DNA from: Oculina patagonica
Taxonomy: Eukaryota
Assembly (NCBI RefSeq): GCF_052425735.1
Contig: NC_135765.1
Coordinates: 29,450,001-29,514,000, forward strand
Reading direction: 5' to 3'
DNA: 64,000 bases
The position numbers and the translations under genes are program-made. Below are positions 51,084-63,166 of this stretch, piece after piece. The notes beneath the pieces were generated by a model. It was not told where the DNA came from, made no database searches, and saw only the letters and a program-made list of their open reading frames with translations. Numbering within the stretch: the stretch's first letter is position 1; every line of letters begins with the position of its first letter.

Positions 51084-53149
51084 CAACGTACAAGGCGTTG
51101 TAGCCTTGTAGGTGTAGAAACAGCAGAGAACATCATGAGAAATTAGTATTCATGATCACTTGAGTGGCGTTTATATTGCATATAAGATAGGTTCCTCGGG
51201 ACTAAAGTGCATAAAACTGTGTAAAAAAGCCCAAACTTCTTAAACTTACAGATTTAAAGATTTTAACTTATTATTGTTCTTTGCTTTGATCAATATTTGT
51301 AATTTTGAAGATGCTTAAATGTAACATGTTAATCAGATAATACTCAACTGTTCATTTCCATAGCTATAACTCCTTGCTGTCTGACTGCCAATATTTTTTT
51401 ACGAGAGACTGAATTGAAACAACTGAATTAAAAGACAGTTCATTCTGCAAGGTAAGAAAGTTTCATTTCAAATTTGATCGGTTTAAGCCTTTGAATGTCT
51501 GGAATGTGCGTTCTAGTCTTATTATGAATAGGATATATTTAGTTTAGCATGATGGAGTAAAGCGTTGAACGACAACAGTGGAAACGTTTGCTTGCTGTTT
51601 TTTGTGAATTTTTCGCAAATACTGATCTGTTAAACACTTGGTTTACGTTCCGTTTTCAGTGGTTAAGAGGAATAATTATGTTTTTGATTACGGTTTAACT
51701 TAACCATTCAATCCTAAATTTATTCATAACGGGTCCAGAGAGGCATGCAAGAATAAGCAAAAACAACAGCTACACTGTAGTGAAAGCATAAACAAGTTAG
51801 ACACAGGCAGTTTAACATGCGAGAGAGTTCGAAATAGAAAACCTCTACTTTGCAAAATACGAGGGAAAGAGTGTGCAGCTCGTTACAGATAAGTCTGAAA
51901 AGAGAAGAGAAGAAAATAAGTGAGCTGAATTACTCATGCATTATCAGGATGTATAACATTCTGTGTTAATATAACTGGTGCATAACATTATGATCTTGAT
52001 TGCCTTGCAACTGTTGTTGAGTTCATCTTAAACCCTTCTTTAAACGTTCTTAACTGATTTACTGGCACATAGCAGTTCCATATGGGCAAACTATTAAGGT
52101 TAAATTTGTAATTTTTTCCTTATGGAAACCGGTTAAGTTACAGCATGTAATTTGCTTTCTCTGTTTTGAGGCTTTCAGTTTTTAGGCTTCATATGCATAT
52201 TAGTAATCTCATTACTCAATGCTGGCTTCATCTGAAGGTTTTTCTTCACCTTTCATTTTACAGATTGCCAGCATTTGTGGATAAGGAAACTAAGAAAAAA
52301 GTTATTATAGAACATTACTTTTCTACTTTCTTGAGTTAAAGTAAGCAACAGTCTGTTGTCATATGTATTTACAAAATTATAATTGTGTAAATTATCAGTA
52401 ACACTCTCTCCAGTTTTGCTGTATTGTTAGTAAAGTTTAGTTGATTGTAGATGTATAGTGACCCAGCAGTCATCAACCATGAGCAGTTCTGTCTCGAGTA
52501 TACGCCAAGACAGAAAGCGACGCATACGCGAGTGTCTTATGTGCTGTTCAGTGTCGGTAAATCACCAGATAATCGCGCTGAACAAAACTTGTCAGTAATC
52601 CTTTTGAAATAAGAATATGAAAACAAGCATACCAGCGATTGTCAAGATAAAACTTGATCAGTAGAATCGAAACTAGGAATAGAAGTCGTTACCACTTGCT
52701 CTGCAGCGAACGTCGTCAGATTTGATGATTTGTATTTACTTGAGAACAACGCAACTGCACAACTGTGGTCAGGGGTGCGATTTATAAATTAAACTTGACT
52801 CATGGATCAGGCTCAAAATGTATATTCTGCTGTTAACATTAATTAGTGGTATTCTGCCTTTAAAATTCGAGGAATACGTATAAGTCTATTTGCATTGCAT
52901 ACTAGTGGAGTGCGTAACTTGTAGCGCGTGTAGACATAGCAGCCCTTATCGTCATTATGTCGGAGCCTTTATTGTCATTTTGCTCAAATTTAGTGATTCG
53001 GACGAACCCTATTTACTGTCAGTTCCCTGTTCGAGTTCCCAGATACCACGTCAAATAGAATAATGTACTTTATACGACGTACAAGGTGCTGTAGGTTTAG
53101 GAACAAAGTAGAGAACATAAGAGGATTCTCATGATGTTACATGTAATAT

Positions 53150-53710
53150 TAACCTGAGTATCAGGCCTTCCTAAGAGGAAGAGGGGGGGGGGGGGTAGGG
53201 AAGGAAAGAGGAGAAAGGAAGGCCTGACACAAACGCTTTGATTGGGTCATGTCGAACATCCAGATTCTGGATGTGGCGCTGATTGGGTAATTCACAATGG
53301 GCCCTGACGTCACACCACCGTTAATAAAAATTTCAGAATAGCGTCTCCTATCTCCTATGAACTGATCTCCTTGAGAACGAAAACTTAACTTCGCATATTT
53401 CTGTGCGATCATGAAAGACGACGACTTCAAAACGGCTCTTGAAGGCGCAGTTCTTTCCTGGAATTAAACTTAAGAGAGAACAGGAATTATGCCTCGAAGG
53501 CCTGCTTGTGTTTTGCCGACTGGCTACGGGAATTGGCGTGAAAGCAGCTTTACTTGAAGATTTGTCGCGACTTTGACGTGTAAAGATCTCGACCATGAGG
53601 AGGTAGAAATAGTGTTTGGAAGCGCCGAGCAGTGGCTATCTGAAAAGTGGAGAGAATCTTTGAAAGCTGGAAGTTTCAAACGAGCAGAATTTTTGATAGT
53701 CGATGACAAG
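53150..53710 (+). mobile_element. Decayed RecQ-like helicase fragment, probably derived from an AcademH-type transposon
   Basis: LREEQELCLEGLL..VFCRLATG and EIVFGSAEQWLSEKWRESLK...LIVDD; left end taacctgagtatcagg. Confidence 0.5.
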
Positions 53711-53779
53711 ATAACAGCCTACTGTATGAAGATTTTTTTATCTCCAACCCCAAATAAAGCTATAAATAATTAATGGTCA

Positions 53780-55020
53780 TCTCATTCCATGTTATACAGA
53801 AATTCCTCGCCTCTTCACGGCCGCACTTTTATGCTGTTGATATCTTGGAGTTGAAAGCGATCGAGAGACGTTAATTTGGTTTAGAGGGAACTTTTTAGTT
53901 TAAGGTAAGCTAGATGCTTAGTTCTCTTTAACAGCCTTCCGCATGAAGGTTTTGATTTGCAACGCTAAATGAAGTTTTTCGTCTCATTCAATGTTCTATA
54001 GGAATTCATCGCTTGTTCCCAGCCTCAGTTTTATGTTGTTGATGTCCTGGAGTTGAAAGCGAGGGAGAGGCGTTAATTTGGTTTAGAGGGAGCTTTCTTA
54101 AGTTCAAGGTAAGCTAGTAGATGCTCAGTTCTATATCAGCCTTCTGCATGAAAGGTTTTGATCTCCAACGCTAAATGAAGTTAATTTTTCGTCTCATTTA
54201 ATGTTCTATAGGAATTCATCGCCTGTTCCCAGCCTCAGTTTTATGTTGTTGATGCCTTGGAGTTGATAGCGAGCGAGAGACGTTAATTTGGTTTAGACGG
54301 GTCTTTTTTAGTTCAAGGTAAGCTAGATGTTCAGTTCTACAACAGTCTAATTCATGAAAGTTACATACATACATACATACATGATTTATTTGATAAAGCA
54401 GGTTACAAAATAATTGGCAAGACGTTAAGTCCTGATGTGGACCTGCACTATCTAAAATAATAAATTACAATAAGATTCTATATAATACATGATCCAAAAT
54501 TTATTTACAATATCTGAATAAACAATGATAGGTAAAATAGATGAATTAATAACAATATACAGTAAAAAGATAAATAAATGAATAAATTAAAAATATATGA
54601 AGTCCAGAGATTTGTTAGAAACGCAGCAGGACGCTTTAGTGAAACTGATAGTTTTCATCACTAAAGCTAAACGAAGTTAATTTTTCGTCTCATTCAATGT
54701 TTTATAGGAATGCATTGTCTGTTCCCAGCCACAGTTTTATGTTGTTGATGTCTTGGAGTTGATAGCGAGCGAGAGGCGTTTATTTGGTTTAAAGTTCAAG
54801 GTAAGCTAGATGCTCAATTACATAATTCGATCTATAACAGCTTACCGCATGAAGGTTTTTATCTCCAACGCTAGAATAAAGTTAATGTTCGTCTCATTTG
54901 ATGTTATACAGGCGCTCATTGCCTCTTCACAGGCACAGTTTTGTGTTGTTGGTGTCTTGGGGTTGATTGCGAGCGAGAGGCGTTAATTTGGTTCAGAGGG
55001 AACTTTTTACGTTCAAGGTA
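53780..55020 (+). repeat. Five tandem ~210-bp units, each containing an AG..GT-bounded ~105-nt segment
   Basis: Segments 53800-53904, 54002-54108, 54212-54317, 54708-54800 and 54912-55017, all ending aag|gtaa. Confidence 0.85.
54361..54660 (-). mobile_element. Probable LINE 3' tail insertion
   Basis: (acat)n plus tttatt (minus-strand AATAAA) interrupts the tandem unit. Confidence 0.5.
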
Positions 55021-56124
55021 AACGTGATGGTTGGAATGCAATTATAAATCATAAGCAAAGGAAAATGATATCGCTGAGTATCATAAGCAAGTTCAGCAAA
55101 TATATTTATTTCCGAAATTATTTTATTATCAAAAGATCGGCACTTATTGTAGAAGAAGAATAATTATCGAGTAAGAAACAACAGAAACTGTTCAGAGGGA
55201 CGAGCGAGCATGAAAGCGGAAATAGAAAGTGAAATCGAAACTAACTTCTCGCGATTGTCATTGCGAGTGACATTTCGATGTAACTTTGTGTAATTGCTAG
55301 TGTTGCGTGATCGTGATCATTTCAAACGTCTACAGATAGTGGGTTGCACTCCAATATGATTATAACATGTTTTACACTGCAAAATATCGGCTCCTCGCGT
55401 TTAGCACGTTTTTTCTCGCTTCTTAAAACGAAATGGGAAATATTTTTGCAGGCTAAATACAATCTAAAATCCCAGACAACATTTTTGGGGCACTTGCTGT
55501 TTTTCCTCACTTGAAACATGAAAATATCTGCAAACTCCCCCTCTCCCCCTTTTGAATGTTGTGTAACCTGAAAAAAACAACGCCTCCCATTGCTACTTAT
55601 TTCGCAACATTGTAAAGGGGGGAAGACGGGTCTTTTCATAGCGTATTTTCATAGCGTATTTCATAGCATTCGTAACAAATCGTCACGTTATTAGAGGTGT
55701 CCCGAATACCTTTTTCTGGGACTGTAGGTTCACATGCTCCAAAAATTTGCTTCAACAAATAATGGATAAATTCCCAAGAGCATTTAGTTCCGTGACATAT
55801 CATCATAATTTAAATTTATGTAAACTGTTTATTAGCAAAGTTAACAATTTGAAATTTTCCCCCTCCTTTCTGCTCTGTGAAATTTGGGGCCTTCATTCAT
55901 TAGTGCATGGCGGGAGGGGGGTGGGGTTCGTTATGGAAGCCACCCCAAGTGATTTTGCCCCCCGCTCCCTTCCTATGCATTAATTAATGAAAGCCCCTTT
56001 ATTATGTTTACCTGGGTTCTTTCTTATTTCATGCTTTAGAAATTGCGTTTTGTCCGTTTTATTGGTCATCAGGCTATTTTAAAGGTAGTTTCATACCGGA
56101 TTCCATGTAAGCTGAGAGCTATTA

Positions 56125-57018
56125 GGGACCGATCGTTTATTACGTCCCAGGGGGGGGGCGGTGGTTTTTCAAAAAGTGTAGTGTTTCAAAACTGAACCCC
56201 CCAAAATTATTTTCATATAAAAATTAAACCCCCCCTTCGTAATTCTTATTCAAAAAATGTACCCCCCCCCCCTCGACCAGGCCACAATTCTCTCTTTTCT
56301 TCCTTACAGATTTTTTATTTTGTTGATATAGCCAATCAACATCGCTTCTACGTATTTAACTGATCGAGGTTTAATATCATATGTAGCCATTCTCAATGAA
56401 CTTCACTGAATACTCCAGCAAATTAGTTTCTTTCCACCACACACTCAAACCATACCGTAAAACACAGCACTGTGTCGCGATGTCGCTTGTTTCTGAAGAC
56501 CAATGCCGCATGAACAACAGTTGCAGATGTTGCTGACGTTTTTCGTTGGTAGTGTATTATCACCATCGGTTATTTTCTTTTTAGGAGAAACCGTTTTGTT
56601 ACAGGGTTGTTACGGGACTCCAATGAGACTCAGTTTGTAAAAAGTTTGATGAAGGTGAATGTGAATTTTGTTAGGGGGGTCCGGGGGCATGCTCTCCGAG
56701 AAATTTTGAAAATCTGAGCTATCAGAAATGCCAGTTCCTGCATTCTGAGTCACTTTCATGCTTGGTTTATGGTATATTTATGAGCCTTTTTTAACGATTA
56801 TGAGTAAACAACAACAAGAACCGTCCGCGAGAATTTTTCCTTTTTTTTGGTTTCAGTTATAAAACCTGTTAGACTGCCGTTGCTGTGTCAAAAAATTTGA
56901 CCCCCCTCACGTTTCTCATAAGTGAAAAACTTACCCCCTCAAAAGAGGCTTGTTTTAAAATTGAACCCCCCCTCCAAAACCACCGCCCCCCCTTGGGACG
57001 TAATAAACGATCGGTCCC
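56125..57018. mobile_element. PIF/Harbinger-type non-autonomous element
   Basis: TTA|gggaccgatcgtttattacgtccca...tgggacgtaataaacgatcggtccc|TTA. Confidence 0.85.
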
Positions 57019-57589
57019 TTATCTTCCCCTTGAATATAAACCAAAAATAATTTAAATCTAAAAAAGCAATTATTGCAAATTTTACAATAAACATTTTGAC
57101 AGGGAATATGGGAATTTTTTATTTTTGTGAGTGGGCAGATGGGGCAATCACCCAACAAAACCTATTACGAAACCTTTTAAACGCTAGTCTGACTTAAAGG
57201 GGCTCATATCTCATATATCAAGGAATATTTTCAACCTTGTAAAACTTGTAACTTAATTAATGATGCTTATTACTCAGTAATAAAAAAATGGTTTCATAGC
57301 TTGTTTTGAGTGATGAGGGTGTTTTTAACAAGCAATAATGTTGCTATGGATACCAGTGACGTCATTAAAATGACCACAGCTTGTTTAACAATGATTGGAT
57401 TTTTGTTTGGTATCATTATTGTAGCAGTGACTAATTAAGATTTGTTGCACTGACCCAATAAAGTATCAGAGCACGAAAGCTGCGGGAAACCGATATATGA
57501 AGTCTTTGGTTTAAAGATAGGATTAAACTTTCAAATCTCACAACAAATCGAACGAATTATTTTTCTAGGTTCATTTGATCACCACTCCA

Positions 57590-58223
57590 ATGGCTTCAGC
57601 TGCTCCACCACCAGTTCCATCCACCAAGGAGACGACCAACTACGCTCGGTTGTGCCGTCTTCTGGTGGATGTGGGATCCCAGGCCTTGAGAGACACTTTT
57701 GATGGGATACACCCTCCAGCAGGACTGTATCTTGTTTTGGCACGTCATCCAGAACATGCGACACTACAGACCCTTAGGAAGAAGAAAATTCTCAATCCTA
57801 CCCAATGGGGAAAGTTGTTCCCTACTATCCCTTCAACTGTTTCATCAGCGAGCTTTGATATAACGCTATTGATGGTGCTACTGAGGAATATCTGTAGTTT
57901 GCACGCTCCTACTACTGGCTGGGACAGTCTTCCGCCTCCTGCTGACACAAGTAAAGAAGCCAACATAGCCAGGGTGAAGTATTACCGTAATACTGTATAC
58001 GGCCATGCCAGCCAAGCTTCTGTTGATGATGCTACGTTTAACACCTACTGGCAGGATATCAGTAACGCGCTGGTAGCACTGGGAGGAGCGAGTTATGGAG
58101 CCGCTATCAATAAGCTCAAGAATGAGTGCATGGATCCTGACACAGAGGAACACTACAGAGAGCTGCTAAAGCAATGGAAGAAAGATGAAGACAACATCAA
58201 AAACAAACTCGATGAAATAGAAG
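57590..58223 (+). CDS. NLR-B coding exon 1: DZIP3-like HEPN domain
   Basis: Highly similar to NLR-A exon 1; YRNTVYGH intact; acceptor at 57569, donor at 58223. Confidence 0.9.
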
Positions 58224-58460
58224 GTATGTTAGAATTTAGCTTAAAGGGTAACAGAAGAAAGAACTTTGGAAACGAGAAAGTGTTCTAGGATGGTCGAAAA
58301 CTAGGTCTGCTCTGGGTTCATGTGTGACGAGCAATTACTGTTGTGAGTGTTATCCTCAACTAAGGCGCCGGAAAGTTGAACTGATTAACTAAACTCTGGC
58401 AAAGAAAGCGTGTTACCTTATTAACATTCATTTTTTTGTCTTGTTTTGTTTTTCAAAAAG

Positions 58461-58523
58461 AGTTGCTTAAGCAGTTAAAGAAAGAAAAAGGTGGCATCGA
58501 GGATAAACTTGGAGAGGTGAAAG
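58461..58523 (+). CDS. NLR-B exon 2 (63 nt)
   Basis: aag|...|gtatgt; ELLKQLKKEKGGIEDKLGEVK. Confidence 0.75.
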
Positions 58524-59140
58524 GTATGTTTGCAAATCTACTGAAGAAACAACTCAATCCTTTCCATGTTCTTGGGCACACATGGCGATACAAAATCTAT
58601 TCAATTCAATCTTGATTCGTTCTATATATAGCATTAATTACAGAGATAAAGTGATATTATAGAATCAGTAGAGCAGAAACTCAAATAATCATATTTGTAA
58701 AATTCTCTCTAAGTAAAATGGAGGCGTTGCGAACCAAAGAGTTTAGGGTTTTAAACAATTTTATGCATGTACGTACTCCTCTGTGACAGACCTGGTTAAC
58801 CAGATATTCAGTAAAATGATATAAGGCCACAATGAAATAATAATGCGGCCGGTATCGCAAGGAAAGTCTAAACCACTTATAGTAAAGTACGTACTAACCA
58901 GACCAGCTTTCCGGCGAAAAATGAATTTTCTCACTGATTTGTCAAAAGTAAAAAAGTGTTACTCATTTCCTGGGGCTGGTCTGTTTCCTGTTTTATTACC
59001 CTTTTATATATTAAGCATTTATTCCCACAATTTTCAAAACAGAGGAAACTTATAAATCGACAAAACAAAACATGAACGTAAAAAGACCCGCTGTAAACCA
59101 CTTTAAATGGAAGTTGACCAAGTGGATTTTTAATTCTCAG

Positions 59141-59242
59141 AAAGCATCAAAGAAAAACTCGAGCAAATGGGAAATCAAGTGAAAAACGTCAGTGAAAAGT
59201 TAGACTCTGTGACAGGTTCTGCAGTTTCAAGCCGAGATGAAG
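59141..59242 (+). CDS. NLR-B exon 3 (102 nt)
   Basis: ctcag|ESIKEKLEQMGNQVKNVSEKLDSV...|gtcagt. Confidence 0.8.
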
Positions 59243-59694
59243 GTCAGTTCTTACAGTGTTTAAAGCTCTTTGGTTTTATTGAGTTATCTGAGGGTACAAA
59301 GATTCCATCTCTGGTCTAAAATGAAAAGAAACAAGTGTATGTATCTAGCTACTTCAGCAGGAAAGTATATATCCTAGCGTGGGTGCCAAAGAATTCTGTG
59401 CCCAGCCGGTGGTGAGAGGAGGCGCTTATTAGAGAGGAGGGATAAATAGAGATGTGGAGGGGGTGTATTAAAACTTCAACATCCAGAGGGGTTGCTTATT
59501 AAGGATAAACCAGTTTTGCATTGCGCATTCCTACTTCGCATAATTTGTACGAGTGATTAGCGCGCACATTTAACATTTTTTTCTGTTGTTTGAATGGAAT
59601 AGTAACTTTCTTTCTGTAGAGTTATTATGGACCAATTCTCAGTGTAGAATAAGAAATAATTATCGGAAACGTGAATTAAGCAAGCAATCGTGAC

Positions 59695-59965
59695 TATAAT
59701 TAACAATTATTCTACGAGCACGCGTTGGATATGAGATGGTAGATAGCCAACGAGGCGCATAGCACCGAGTTGGCTATATCGATCTCATATCCAACAAGCG
59801 CGGGTGGAATAATTGTTTTATTAAAAACGCCCAAAGAATTACAATATTTGAGCTCCCCTGTTTACGTTGACGCGTACCGGCTACCATATTTGTGTTCAAT
59901 GGTATCCTGTTAACCAATCAAAATGCAGGAATTGCAATATACCATTGCTAGTTTTTAATAATAAT
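59695..59965. mobile_element. Short Crypton-like hairpin element
   Basis: Hairpin aacaattattc...gaggcgcatagcaccgag...gaataattgtt; not present in the equivalent NLR-A intron. Confidence 0.55.
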
Positions 59966-60293
59966 TGTGATATTATAAGGATTTATTGGGTATAAACAAG
60001 GTGCTGTTGCTCCTAAACGGGCATGAGTACCCCCGTTTTTTAGTTCCTATAACATAAACAATCAATAGGCGAAGTTTGACAAAAATCTCAGTGCAGGTTC
60101 TATTTCAGTGGAATAACCTTAATTGAAGAGGCGTGTATAATAGGGAGGGTGGGGACGCTAAATGGAGTTTTTACGCTTATCTCTGTTTCCTCGATTTGAA
60201 GATCACTTTTGCCGTAACACATAGACCATCTAAGAGAGGCGTTAAGAAGTCGCCGTCTTGATTTCAGTAAATAAAAGTTATTTTGATTCGTAG

Positions 60294-60407
60294 AAAGCAT
60301 CATAGGCAAACTTGAGGAAATGAAAGATGAAATTGGAAACATGGAAGAAAAGTTGGACACGTTGATGAGCCGAGCACCTCCTGTAGAAAGGGAACCTGGG
60401 ATGGAAG
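60294..60407 (+). CDS. NLR-B exon 4 (114 nt)
   Basis: cgtag|ESIIGKLEEMKDEIGNMEEKLDTL...|gtaaga. Confidence 0.8.
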
Positions 60408-60983
60408 GTAAGATCTGTTGCTATATTCTACGCGATTTGGATAACTTGTGTTCAACCGCCTGATGTCCTCGGGAAAAATCGGAGAGAGAGAAGGAGAAAA
60501 GAGCCAGGGGAAGGGGGTGGGAGGCTGTGTATGCTAGTTGTGGCTAGCTGCTGTAGTAAAACGTTGGTTGAGTAAAAATATGTTTCAGGGTATCAGGTGC
60601 TGGTTTATTTCCTTGTGGAAACCTGGTTGGTTTTAGACTCTTCTCTGGATTGCAAATAAGCTAGAAAGGAAAACAACTAATTTGTCCACTATAATACACG
60701 TTAAAAAGAGCGTTCTTGTCGGACACCGTCCCAGAAGAGTAAGATCGAATGCATGTCAATGGTTAAGGGTAGCGACGTAAAGCTAGATTTAAAAAAGTAA
60801 ACGTGTTAAATTCTCTTTCTTTTTCAGTCTTTTCCAAAAATTCTAAATTATTTCCCGTTTCTTTTTTATCTTTGTCTTCATTCGATAACTTTCCACTCTC
60901 TCATTTTAAAAAAGTCCCAATTTTGGTACGTCTAAACAGTCTCTCTCATAGTACTTGAAGTGGCTTTATTTAATCACTTGTAG

Positions 60984-63166
60984 ATGTTTTTGATCCAACC
61001 AAGATCATTGATGGAATTCGTCAGCTCTACAAAGTCCGCGAGGGATGGCTTGCTCCGTTTCCATGGTGTGAAGAGTTTCACTTTCATCTTGATGATATTT
61101 TCACAAGACTCAAAGTGGTCAGCAGAAAGAAAACGAGAGGAACAGCGACAACCAACACTGTTAACATGTCTGGGATCTTTAAACCACATGAAGAATGTCC
61201 ACAACCAAGAACAGTGTTAATTGAAGGAAAACCTGGTATGGGGAAGACAACGTACTGCAAAAAGCTTGTGTATGACTGGGCTACAGAAAAACAAGAAGCA
61301 GAAGATTGCTTACCAAGGTTCGAAACAGTGTTGTTGCTGAGGTGTCGTGATGTGAAGTCTGACCTATGGGAGGCCATTGATGATCAACTTCTGCCTCGAG
61401 ATGTTGAAGAAGACGTCAGAGAAAGATTCTTCAACTTCATTCGCCACAACCAGTCTAACGTATTGCTGATACTTGATGGATTAGACGAGGTTCCAGCGAA
61501 TGAACTACCAATGTTTTCAGAAATCATTCAAGGCAGGGTGCTTTCAAAATGTCGATTGGTTGCTACGGCACGGCACGAGGCTGGAATGAAGGTAAGAATA
61601 CACTGTGACACCCTGCTGGAGATCGAAGGGTTTACCAAAGAAGATGCACGGACGTTTATCCTCAAATATTTCAAAACCATGGAGGATTTGGCGCAAAACC
61701 TCTTGTCTAAACTGAAAAATGATGATACCCTGAACGAAATGGCGGCAAATCCTCTGAACACTGCACTTCTTTGCCTCGTTTGCGAAGAGTTTCAGGGTTT
61801 TTTTCCAGAAAGTAAAACTAAACTGTATATGGATATAGTACAGTGTGTCCTGAGACGATACATACAGAAGAAAGGATTACCAGAAAAAAACGAAGATCTC
61901 ATTGAAGCTTACAAAACTCAGTTGAAACACCTTGGCCGGATAGCTTTGAAGGGTCTGCGTGAAGGCAACTTGGACTTTGAGGAAAGTGAGCTCGGAAGCC
62001 ATTCAGCTGACTTACCTGGATTCGGATTTCTGTCAGTTCAGGCAGGAGGCAGCAAACTAAGACCGCGCCGACGTTACAGCTTTCTACACAAGAGTTTCCA
62101 AGAATTCTTTGCAGCATTTTATCTGTGTTGTCAGCTTCTCGACAGAGAAATCCGCGCCGACAGCTTAGCTTCTGACAGACGATACCTCTATGAGCTGAAA
62201 GAAGTGCTTAAATTCACATGTGGCATGATAGCGGTTCGTTGCGAGGAAACAATAGAAGCTCTTGTCAAGAGTTTAACGTCCCAAGTGAACCATGAAGATG
62301 ACGGTGGCTGCTTTGCTGTTGTATTGGAATGCATTCGAGAATGCAAACAAGAAAAGAATGATTTTCATTTGAAATTGGCACGTGTTTCTGGTTCATTGCT
62401 TAAACGTAAAGCTCTTAGACTCAGATGGATAATTGGCATTGACGCTCTTATTGTATTAGAAGCACTTAAATGGAATTCAAGTCTGACAGAGTTGAAGTTG
62501 TCTGACAATAACATTGGTGCCCACGGCGCTGCTGGACTAGCTGAAGCTTTACAAAAGTACACAAGTCTGACAGAGTTGTATTTGTCTAATAATAACATTG
62601 GTGCCCACGGCGCTACTGGACTAGCTGAAGCATTACAAAACAACAAAAGTCTGACAAAGTTGTATCTGTCTCTCAATAACATTGGTGACCACGGTGCTAC
62701 TGGACTAGCTGAAGCTTTACAAAATAACACAAGTCTGACAGAGTTGGGTTTGTCTAATAATAACATTGGTGACCACGGCGCTACTCGACTAGCTGAAGCA
62801 TTACAAAAAAACAAAAGTCTGACAAAGTTGTATTTGTCTCTCAATAACATTGGTGACCACGGTGCTGCTGGACTAGCTGAAGCATTACAAAACAACATAA
62901 GTCTGACAGTGTTGTATTTGTCTTACAATAACATTGGTGACCACGGTGCTGCTGGACTAGCTGAAGCATTGAAAAAGAACACAAGTCTGACAGAGCTGGA
63001 TTTGTCTGTCAATAACATTGGCGACCACGGTGCTACTGGTCTAGCTAGAGCACTGAGAGAGAACACAGTTCTGAGAAAGTTGTATTTGCATGGAGATCAC
63101 ATCAGTGAGGCGGTAATAAGTGAACTCTGCTTGGAACATGGTGATCGTGTTGATTTTTCTATTTGA
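60984..63166 (+). CDS. NLR-B last exon: NACHT + LRRs (NLRC3-like)
   Basis: Walker A and B and FLHKSFQEFFAA; 7 full plus 1 terminal 28-aa LRR. Full protein about 1031 aa. Confidence 0.93.

Larger units (their letters stand above)
48800..57568 (+). promoter_or_regulatory. Putative promoter and multi-exon non-coding 5' region of NLR-B
   Basis: Paralogous to 16640-20560; CRE-like tgacgtca near 48847; conserved splice-bounded segments. Confidence 0.5.

Noticed and set aside
62365-62898. 177-aa antisense ORF
   Set aside because: Shadow of the LRR repeats on the opposite strand.
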